NCBI GenBank assembly: GCA_009103225.1
Contig: RHPI01002076.1
Span: 124,001 to 188,000, forward strand
DNA: 64,000 nt
Reading direction: 5' to 3'
Source of the DNA: Chlorokybus atmophyticus
Lineage: Eukaryota; Plantae; Mesostigma and Chlorokybus algae
Positions 32,603 through 42,540 of the stretch are shown here, in pieces (within the stretch, counting starts at the first letter, position 1; each line of letters opens with the position of its first letter). Below the pieces are notes generated by a model. The model searched no databases and was not told the DNA's origin. It was given only the letters and a program-made list of their open reading frames with translations. The position numbers and the translations under genes are program-made.

Positions 32603-32675
32603 AAGGGAGCAGCGAGTATGTTCTTGACATCAGCGTGCACTGAATGTTGACAGCGCCCGACAATCCACCATTATG
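32603..32675 (-). ncRNA. Degenerate box C/D-like unit U2
   Basis: ATGGTGG...TCAGT GCAC GCTGA-TGT-CAAGAACATACTCG-CTGC-TCCCTT; both boxes mutated. Confidence 0.35.
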
Positions 32676-33129
32676 TTGCATGGTGTCCCACGCAAGCACA
32701 CACACACAAGGACTGTCGCGAGTAATAACCCGTTGCTGTTCCTCATTCTTCAAGTAGTGCTGTGTCAGTATTGAAGCAGAAGGCCTCTACACTAGCCAAC
32801 ACTTTATTGGAGAAACAATATTGTTCTAACACAAAGTCACGCATGTGAAATAGCTTCAGTCATGACAACACGCGCTACCTCCTGCTTGTGTACTGCCATC
32901 ACGTTCCTGTCAGTTTTGTTTGCGCTCTGCTCCGTGTCCTCGTGGTGAACCTTGAAACGCAGGATAACTTTCAGCCAAATGTAACACATGCACTGAATGA
33001 TGCATGCGTTTGGCGCTAGCCTAATACTGCAATCCAAAATACGTTGCTGAGTAGTTATTCCCAACCAGAGAAAACAACACGACTGATATGCAGAAAGCAA
33101 ACTGATTGCAACATCATTGCGCCGACAAG

Positions 33130-33210
33130 CCAAGGGATCAGTGAGTGTTCGTCTGCATCAGCATGTGCTGGCTATGAGGGAAGAATACCCATTACCATCA
33201 CATCCCTTGG
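33130..33210 (-). ncRNA. Box C/D-like guide RNA unit U3
   Basis: CCAAGGGA-TGTGATGG-TAATGGGTATTCTTCCCTCATAGC-CAGC ACAT GCTG-ATGC-AGACGAACACTCA-CTGA-TCCCTTGG; perfect 8-bp terminal stem and 3-nt K-turn bulge. Confidence 0.65.
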
Positions 33211-33973
33211 AGTGCATGCAAGCCTTGCCGAGGTGCATGTGCTGAGCTCCTGAATGCACAAATGTCACGGTAAGGATTGAACAGCTACCATCATGGTGAA
33301 GGCAGCTGTTCGAACCTTACCTTGCGAAGAAACACACCTTTTACTGGTATTGTGCCGCGATGCTGCGCATAGACGTCTGCTTAGCCCGGTGTCTTGTAGC
33401 AGCCTGTCAAGCCTGGAGCGCCACCTTGCATGCGTCAAAAGCAGCATGCTGCTTTTGACGGCGCTGCGCAGTGCCGTGGAGCGCTGTACACCAAAATCGC
33501 CTCATCGCTGCAGATTGTCAATATAGCTGCAGGCATGGCCCGCATGATACTGTGCAGGCACTATGCCTGGGGCTCACAGAGGAGTTGCCACTGACAATGC
33601 GGCTGCATCATGCTACTTACACGTTGGGTTGAAGCACGCATTGACTCACTGTGCCACTGTTCATTATGCAACCGAGACAACGTACAGGTTTCAAAACGCG
33701 CTGCGTCAAATGGTCCTCAGCGTCCGCCATCCACATTTGACACCTTCATGATGATGTTGCAAACCGCGGGAAAGCAAGCACGAGACGGACTTGAAATGCT
33801 GCTTTCAAGTTGACAGGAGGCTAGCACACTGCCTGCAACAACGCACGCACCAGTGAGTGTTACGACCAACGCACTTTGGGTGCGTATGCGCGCAAAGTGT
33901 TACGAATCTGCACGCAACACATTCCAGCAACTTTGACTAATCACAGACATGCCAAGGGGAAGTCACACAGGCT

Positions 33974-34049
33974 AAGGGATCAGTGCAAAGTACTCTTCGT
34001 AGCAGCTGTGCTGTATGGAGTGGTATTGGCTTTGAACATCATCTCCCTT
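33974..34049 (-). ncRNA. Box C/D-like guide RNA unit U4
   Basis: AAGGGA-GATGATGT-TCAAAGCCAATACCACTCCATA-CAGC ACA GCTG-CTAC-GAAGAGTACTTTGCA-CTGA-TCCCTT; 6-bp stem. Confidence 0.6.
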
Positions 34050-34387
34050 CAAGACAAGTCGACCATCATCACACACAACAAAACATACAGTTCACACTGT
34101 TGCATCATCAGACCGTACCATCCCACCAGGTTGGATGAGGGTGATTGTTGATGTTATTAGCGAAAGCGCTTGAAGTTCTCCGCCGCCATGACTCGCAAGC
34201 AGCGATGAGTAGCTGCTACTCAGTAGCACCGCCTATGTGTCACTAGTGTAAACTGGTTACTTGTTACGGCATAACGCTACAACATGTGCGTAGGCTTTCA
34301 TCCAACTGACTGCGCAACAGCGCTTTCGTTGCACCACTCGTGGCTCAGAAGTCCCGCAATACACAAAGAGAACCTGAGCAGTCAGAA

Positions 34388-34478
34388 CAAGGATCAGCCA
34401 GGATGACTTTGCATCATGATGATCAGCCAATGACTGACATCTGTAGTCATCGTATCCGATACGATGACTACACATCTT
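34388..34478 (-). ncRNA. Degenerate box C/D-like unit U5 carrying an internal 31-nt palindrome
   Basis: ATGATGC-AAAGTCATCCTGG-CTGA-TCCTTG 3' half retained; box C region replaced by a palindrome. Confidence 0.35.
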
Positions 34479-35102
34479 AGGAGTCCTTAACACGCCACGC
34501 AGCCGCTGCGTGATCAGCGGCTGATCAAGTCACATTGTAATACAGATACGGAGGCACTTTGACTGCACATTTGTTTTGCTTGTGCGAGATGATGCCTGCG
34601 CGCAATGCAAACAGCTCTGCTCTTGCATTGTTGAAGCGTGATTCACCGCTGCGCACGGACCACAACTTCTCGGCATCCACCATCCTATTCACTCCTCGTA
34701 CATCATGTGGCCAGTGGCCACCTTTGCGAGCGCGGTAATGTTGGACATGCGAGAAACCTTCCAAGTGCGAGAAGTGCTGCTTGAAAGACAAGAGGTTTCA
34801 GGAACGGCAGTACACTAGGCTTGAATACCCTTTTTGACACACGTGTGGGCAACGCCGCAAGCAGCATTGCTGCCAGCATGCTGGCGCTGAAGCTGCAAGA
34901 GTTTTTCATCTCGTCTTGACTTTGCCAGTCACCCACAGAGGCCTGCCACTTACGTTGTTAAATTAGCCACTGTGAAAACTACTCTCGTCATGACCAAGGC
35001 AAGGATCAGGCAACAGCCACCCGCTCATTGCCTTGCACTTTGCATTGACAGCAACTGGGTTCTATGACTGCATCCAAAAGCATAGATCAGGCAACGGGTC
35101 AC

Positions 35103-35217
35103 AAGAGGTCAGGTAGCAGAGAGTGTCTGGCCTGCACTGGTTGTAGGCACTTGTCACGCACTCAGTTAGGGGGCTTACTTGCTCCGATAGATCTGAACGG
35201 GAAAGCCACCACCCCTT
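35103..35217 (-). ncRNA. Degenerate box C/D-like unit U6
   Basis: AAGGGG-TGGTGG...CTGA-CCTCTT at the expected periodic position. Confidence 0.25.
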
Positions 35218-35690
35218 TAGCTGCGTTGCTGCATGATGCAGGTAGCGGAACTGGCGATCCCCCATGTGTACATGCTGTGGCGCAGACCATGCGCATACTA
35301 CGCACTTCTTCAAACACCGCCTCAGTCAACTGCGAGGAGAGTCTCCGATGCCCCCACTCCGTGCAGACATGTCTCGATTTGCGTAGGCAGCCATAACTGC
35401 TAACCGAGGGTATAACCTGCCCGCAGCTTTTTATATTTCACAGCTAGCTGCTCTGCGGGCAGGTTTAGCCTTCGGCTAGCAGGACCGTTTTGCTCAAAGA
35501 GTAATTTTTTGATCAGGCCGTGTCTCCGCGTGTCTTTGAAGAAGATAATAACCAATCCCAGCACTGTGGCATTTGCCAAACGACCAACCGCCCATCTGTT
35601 AACGTCACCTGCAACCACACATCCTTGAGTAATGTGAACCTACTCAATGGTTCGCATAACGAACAACCACGACAGTGCTGACAGTCGTTA

Positions 35691-35772
35691 CAAGGGATCA
35701 GCGAGTACGGTCGTCAACAGCACGCGCTGAATTTGGTACTATCTAGTAGATCACTTTGCCATCACATCCTTG
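35691..35772 (-). ncRNA. Box C/D-like guide RNA unit U7
   Basis: CAAGGA-TGTGATGG-CAAAGTGATCTACTAGATAGTACCAAATT-CAGC GCGT GCTG-TTGA-CGACCGTACTCG-CTGA-TCCCTTG. Confidence 0.6.
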
Positions 35773-36361
35773 GCGTCTATACCAGCACCAAGGCTGTGTG
35801 AGATCGTGTGCTGGCTGGCAAGGCAATGTTGCAGACCTTGCTTGCGGAGGAGATGGAGGAAGCTAGCCTGTCAGTTTTACACTACCAAGCTGGTGCTGTG
35901 AGTGGCGCGATCATGCATCAGATGTGTGTACTTAGCGATGTTGGGCTGGCCCCGTGCGTTCGCCTATGCGCCGGTTGAAAAGTAGAAGCAGATGACAACA
36001 TGCGAGTATCAGCACTCAAGGCAAGTGCTTGCACTGCAAGCACTGCAAGTACTTGTCTTGAATGTGATGTTGGCAACACCAACGCTTGTGTTTGCGGCAA
36101 CTGGGCAGCACAACGGCAGTGCACTTGCCAATCAAGCACTTGCTGTCTTTTGATGTAGTTCATGAATACATCAGCTCCACCTCAGTTCCTTATGGGTACC
36201 TATAACCAACATTGTTAGCCCCCCACCCGCCCACCCACCCCACCCCACCCCCACGCACGTACGCATGCCACCAAAGCAGCCATTGCGCATGATGCTGCGA
36301 AATTAACTATCGCATGCGTTTCTGATCACCACTACAGTAAATGCACAACTGGGACAGACAA

Positions 36362-36436
36362 AGGGGTCAGCAAGTGTTCTTTGCATCAGCGCGTGCTGGT
36401 ATCAATCGGTGTTGGGTCATTTCCATCATAGCCCCT
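36362..36436 (-). ncRNA. Box C/D-like guide RNA unit U8
   Basis: AGGGG-CTATGATGG-AAATGACCCAACACCGATTGATAC-CAGC ACGC GCTG-ATGC-AAAGAACACTTG-CTGA-CCCCT. Confidence 0.6.
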
Positions 36437-36942
36437 GACATCACGTTAAGCATTTGCACTTTTTTGTTATTCACCAAACAGTTGTTTGAACCAAAGCAGC
36501 GGAAGCCACGATTGTTCATTGGTTGTTTGAGCCCTTTGCGTCGAAGATGGACATTGTTGCCAGCAACTACGATATTATGGTTCCAGCCTGCAGTGCAGAC
36601 CGACACTGTCACGTGCCCGGCGAAGTACGTACCTGTTCTCACAAGTGTTGCTACCACTGGCGCACCAACAAACTGTTCACACTAGTAACCGCCAAAGCAA
36701 CCTACAACCAAAGCCAGTGTGGCATTGGTCACGATGTCACTAAAGAACACTGAGATAACAATTGATGCATGTCAATTCTTACGTGACAATAAGAACAATG
36801 CACCAGGCTGCTGTAATAAGCCACAATGTTTACCCTTTCCAATGTCATAAGATTCGCTCAACTGGTTGGAACGGTGCAGTATGGCGCTGCATAGCGCATC
36901 CAACAGCAATTGCTACATAACACGCATGATGATGACGCCATT

Positions 36943-37019
36943 GGCCAAGCAATCAGCACATCATCTTCGCATCAGCCGTTGCTGCATGGGACTGTTGAGC
37001 AAGACATCATCCGTTGGCC
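36943..37019 (-). ncRNA. Box C/D-like guide RNA unit U9
   Basis: GGCCAACG-GATGATGT-CTTGCTCAACAGTCCCATG-CAGC AACG GCTG-ATGC-GAAGATGATGTG-CTGA-TTGCTTGGCC. Confidence 0.55.
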
Positions 37020-39393
37020 ATGAAAGCAGCTAACAGCCAGTACATGACGTGCATTGCTCGCACTGCATAACTTGGATGAAGCTTACAAAGTATGCTAGCA
37101 GCATCACGCCTGCACTTCAAGAGTTGAAGCTCCTTGCAGCCGCTGTCCATGAGCAAGCGTTGTTTTGCAAATCACAATTCTGGCAAAATTCTTCACCAGG
37201 CATACTTACGCAGGCACCATGCTAATGATTCTGGCATGCTAACGCGTGCGCTTCACATCCGTGCGTGTGTCTGTGTGGGACATCGTGTGTGTAGAGCTAG
37301 ACTACACGCGTAACACTGCAAACCGGACATGCGACCCACAACTTGCAACACTGTTGCTGTACACATGCGTTGCTGTGCGCCCGCATGTGTACAGAAACGG
37401 CACACACAGTGTGCATCATGCATACCCATGGCGTGCCCACGTGCCCACGTGTGCGCATGTCGGCAAAAAAAAGTGCACGCGTGCATGAGTGTGCGTGCAT
37501 GCAACTGCCAGTCACTTTGCAGAGGATTAATACATACTGTGTGTGTTGATGCTCTGCAAAGCGAGTATAAGCTGCGTGGCATCTACGCTGCCATGCATTC
37601 GGACAGACGGAATGCCAATAGCCTTGCGTTCAATCAACGTTACACATTTGGTTTTCATGCAGCGAATGAACAGCAAAGGTTTTAATGTTTTTGAAGTGAT
37701 GCATACTCTGCGGCAGCAAGCGCAGAGTCAAAGAGCGAAGCGCTTGCGCATGGCAGCTGCCGCGTTAAGCAATACGCTCAGACAATGCTGTATGCAACAT
37801 GCTGGGCTTGTAACCTAAGGTGGCAGCGATTTGGCCGAAGATGGCACGCGCGTTGCCGTACCTGCTCACTGGAAGCACGGCAACGCACAATCAGTGCTTT
37901 TAGCATGCAAGCATGCGTAGCACTCGCAGGTTGCCTGCGAGCAACCAGCACGAATCATCGCGCACACATGTAGTTTGTGCGGTTAAGATTGGTTGTTTTA
38001 GGTATGCCACAGAACTTTAGTGCAATCTTCAACCTAGCATGCATGGCGCAGGTTTAAGCATGCTAGCGATAAGGGTGAATTTGCCAGTGCATACACCCAG
38101 CAGCCACATGTTGAGGCCAGACGGGCTGTGCCAAAGCAATCGGGCGTTATGCTTGGCGCAACCACAGTCGAGCGCAGAGGTCAGCTGAGGCCGCTATGCA
38201 TGGTGACACTGCAGCAACTTATGAAGCTGCTTGAAGGCGACAGCTAGGGTTTGACAAGCCGTACCTGTCCCCTTCACAAAGGTACGTCATATTGGAAGAG
38301 AGGCCCTGCGAGAACAACGCAGATGACAGTCAATTGCCAGTAGTCAAGCCGCAGACTCAGTTATACAAGCAAGTTCTGCCCACTCCGCCTGTAAAAGTCA
38401 ACTTAGTGGTAGCCAACGCTTTTCAGCCGGTTACCACAGGACACTTGACCAGTAGCTCTCCCCTCCCGAGCATCGAGCAGCAGATCGTCAGGTCGCCCCT
38501 TCTGGCAGTGCATGTGCAACGGGCAAACCCTTCCTCTCCATGCGATGGTTACTAATACTACCCAGCCAATTGCCTTGCACACTTCATGCCACGTGATTGC
38601 CGTTCCGCCGCTCGCGTGATGAAAGGGTCTCTACTGAGAGCATGCATAATTGGGGCTGAGCTGTCATGCATTCCCAAGCAGCAGGACGCAACGCGTTGCA
38701 GAGCTGAGTACACGAGTAGGGCCAACCATCAAGGGTGTCGAGCCTGTGCCCCAAGCGGCGGTGCCGGGATGGGGCGCCCATCCCGCCCACGCCCGCCGGT
38801 CTCAGAGATGGATGCTGCGCACGCCATGGAGGTGTGGTGGGGCGGGGCGGGGCGGGGCGGGGCGTGCGAGGATGGCATCAACTGGCAGTCCTTTACCACC
38901 TGTCAACATCACAAGTGACGACGGACGTCAGTCGTGATGCTTGCACGCACATAGCAGCAGCAAACGGCAAAGCGTGTGACCCGATGCAGCTCTCTTCGTT
39001 TTGACGTGTATTGAACTGTCGCAGAGGCATTTGTGAAGTGCGTTGGCAGTCAGGCACACGGGCAGGCATGAACGCTGCGTATTGTTTGACTGACAAATGA
39101 AGCTGCACTTCGGCACGTAAAATTGGCAACTGATGTTGGCTCTTTCAAAACACGACTGACGTCGGTACAGGCCTGTCAGGCATGCCACTAATTCTTGAAG
39201 GAAAGTCCTGAAGCCCTTTCTTGGACTGAATTGTGTTGCAGCATTGGACCTTGAAGAGTTTGATGCTTGCGTAGTTTGTGCGCATGCAAGCGCTAAGGTC
39301 AAGGCAAGTAGCTCAATCTTTACTGAATAAAGCTGAGGTGCATTTCGGTGCATTCAGTTTGTCTGCTTGGACGCAGGTTTGCCACCGGTGGAC

Positions 39394-40727
39394 ATGGAGA
39401 AGCCAGCCAGCAGGTGGGTCTCTCCCACACAGCGCATATGCGCATGCATGTCCCTGCTGTCTCACGTGCACCAATGCTCCATCTTGTTGCTTTCCTTGAA
39501 GTTGAGTTGGAATGCCCTGCTCCTGCTTGCAGAACACCCAGGTATACACACGCGCACACTGTCCTCACAACTGCACTACATGGGACACATGCATACATGA
39601 CACTCATGATATTCACCTCATGTCGTACACGCGCATGCGCATGTACGACATGAGGTGTGCATGTGCGCACATGCACACAGATGCACATGCTGCCCCCCCT
39701 CCCTCTCTCTCTCTCTCTCTCTCTGGAGGGAGCTCTGCTTCTCGAAAGGAATCAGGATCCCAGGACGCTCATGACGTCCCAAAGTACTGCGACGTTGAAC
39801 TCATGGTGCAAGGTAGCGTCTCTTCAACACACGGTTGCTGCATTTGTCTTTTCTTTTCTGTTTTGCGTGTTGCTACACATATCAGTCGCGTGCTAGCAGT
39901 CAGCGCTGACTCCGCAGTAGTAGCCTGAGTGGGCTACTCGGTTATAGGCTAGTAGGCTACCAGGATACTACTCGCATAGAGATGGTGTGTGCCTTCGCTG
40001 CCTTTGGCGAGCATTACTTCTGTGATAGCACATGTTCTTGCTAATCCCCCTTGCACGCTTACACAGCAATCGCTGCCTCACTCAGGCCAGAAGTTTCATA
40101 CCAATCGGTGGCTACTCGCCAGTCACAGCAGCGTGCTGAAGGACTTGCTGGAGTCAACAAACAACACTACTTTAACTCTAGCTGACGACAAGGCGGAGAC
40201 CATGCAGCAGTTTTTGCGACAGCTGTGCCCAATGACACTGACAGACCAGAAGATAGACTCCATTGTAAGTCTGGGCTAAGGCCGACATGCACATGCACAA
40301 GCAGTCCTCGCTAAGTCAAACTCTATCGGTTGATGCTCTGATTTAGGCAATCACCTCAGGAGGCTCCCGTGCCTGTTTGCAGGACGAAGCGGCTGAACTG
40401 CTGGAGTTGGCGAGGAAATACGATGTGAAGATATTGAATGAGCGTTGTGAGAGCTTTTGCATTGAGCAAACCAAAACGTCACAGCTGACATGCTTGGCAA
40501 GGATGGCTGTGCTGGCAGACACATACAAATTGCAGAGCCTTCGCCAGCACGTCATTCCCAAGCTGCAGTTGCCTAACAGCATGGATGGGTTGAAGAAGGA
40601 ACTCCTGCGTGACTGTGGCATGGATACGGTGCTCGAGGTCATGTTTCATCACGCTGCCAGAGAGCGGGAGCACAGCCGATCCTTAAGGAAGGAATTGTCG
40701 CACTTGCATTCTGGAGGTTACGACTGA
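39394..40727 (+). CDS. BTB/POZ domain protein, copy 2, apparently intact
   Basis: KYCDVELMVQG|QKFHTNRWLLASHSSVLKDLLE...MQQFLRQLCP...|DEAAELLELARKYDVKILNERCE. Exons 39729-39812, 40086-40264, 40383-40727 are phase-consistent; the two small 5' exons (MEKP start at 39394) are less certain. Confidence 0.8.
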
Positions 40728-41155
40728 CCAGCTCAACTTGACGCAGTGGAACACAGCCATGGAAGGAGTTAGGAACTCTAGTCGTTGGCTTTGACAACTA
40801 CAAGTAACCTGAAACGTGATGTGTCGTAGGTGTGTATGTGTGTTGCATGCCCGCCCTTCGGGCGCAATTGTTGCAAGCATTCGTTCACCTGCCTGCTACA
40901 AACACTGGCAAAGCATCATCGCCGCAGGTAAGCACCAAATACCTTGCATTTTCCACCACAACCACCACTGCAATCAGCAGCCTGCTGAGCTTGCTGCCCT
41001 CCTCCAAATCTACTGGCTGGCTGGCAGCGAGTTGGCAACATGCTAAAGAGTTACGTGGTAACAGCAGGCAGCGACTCAGGCAGGCTGTTGTCTCTGTTGA
41101 CAGAACTTTTCGTTGCGTCTCAAGTTTGCACTCGTACTTTGTGGCGTCTGGGAGG

Positions 41156-41177
41156 GAGCGAGAGCGAGAGCGAGAGC

Positions 41178-41208
<31 letters not shown>

Positions 41209-41210
41209 CG

Positions 41211-41298
<88 letters not shown>

Positions 41299-41402
41299 NN
41301 NNNNNNNNNNNNNNNNNNNNNNNNNNNNNNNNNNNNNNNNNNNNNNNNNNNNNNNNNNNNNNNNNNNNNNNNNNNNNNNNNNNNNNNNNNNNNNNNNNNN
41401 NN

Positions 41403-41456
<54 letters not shown>
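41156..41456. repeat. (GA)n/(GAGAGC)n microsatellite spanning an assembly gap (Ns 41299-41402)
   Basis: Direct reading. Confidence 0.97.
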
Positions 41457-41459
<3 letters not shown>

Positions 41460-42540
41460 TGCAACCTCAGTCTGTGCATGAGTCGTGCACAGACTTACCC
41501 CCACCGAGTGATCAGTGGGGACATGATGTGGATCACCATTCAGTGCCATGCGCTATCTGTATATTTAGGGCTGTATCTCAGACGCGCCATAGCATTGGCA
41601 CTAGCACGGCAACTCGTTGGCTTAGTAGTATGGCAGGACGTCTTGAGGAGCGGTCAGGGCAGTAGTGGTAAGCCTCTAATCAAGCTGCGGATTCAAGCAT
41701 CCACAAACACAGCGCCCATCAGACTCACGCTAACCTGTTACCACGTTCTCGCTGGAAGCTGCGCAGCTCCACTGGCTGCATGTGCAAGGGCAACACCTTC
41801 CTCACCATGCAAGGGTGACTACCGCTACAGTCGAGCCAGTTGCCTGGAACAATTCATCATGTCGCACAATTGCCGTTTCGCCGCTCGCGCCGCTGCTCCC
41901 TCAACCTATTGCGGCCGCTGCTTCTGCATTTGTAGAGGAATGTCACTCTGCAGGCCTTCTGGTGAAGGATCTATACAACGTGATTTGGGTGAACATGTCG
42001 TTACATTGCCAACCAGGACGCAATACGCGTTGCAATGATCCCAAGCCAGCACAGCCTGCTTAAATAGCCAAGGCTGGGGATACCCAGTAGCCTCACGCCA
42101 TGCTATCATGATGTTGCTCCGTCTAGCGTAGTCTACACGTAACCAAGCCTGGGCAACGTACAGCATGTGACAAGGACGCATACTACAGTATGGCCATTCT
42201 GTGGTGCACGCCGTCTGACAAGTGATTGTTGCAATGTGTTAGCTAACATGCTGCAAACGAGCCATCGCTATTGCATCTTGTGCGTACGGTATAGTGTGTG
42301 TACACTGACGCAGGTAACTATCATGGAATATCTACCACAGACAATACCTACCAGCGTGCAGTCCGGCTGGGGAGGGCTTGAGCCTCCCCAGCCGGGGAGC
42401 ATACCAACCACTAGCAACACGTCGTGTGAAGAACCACCACCTATGGTTCTCAAAACTGAGTTGGTCGCCGAGTCATTATACACAATCCTCGGGGAACTTG
42501 CAACACTTGCACAAGCTATAAGGTGCTCACAAGCTGTACT

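Noticed and set aside
32002-37019. Array as CRISPR, as MITEs, or as repeated protein-coding exons
   Set aside because: Eukaryotic context with no cas genes and ~600-bp spacing. No target-site duplications seen, and the termini are explained by K-turn geometry. The reading frame through the conserved core differs between units and contains stops
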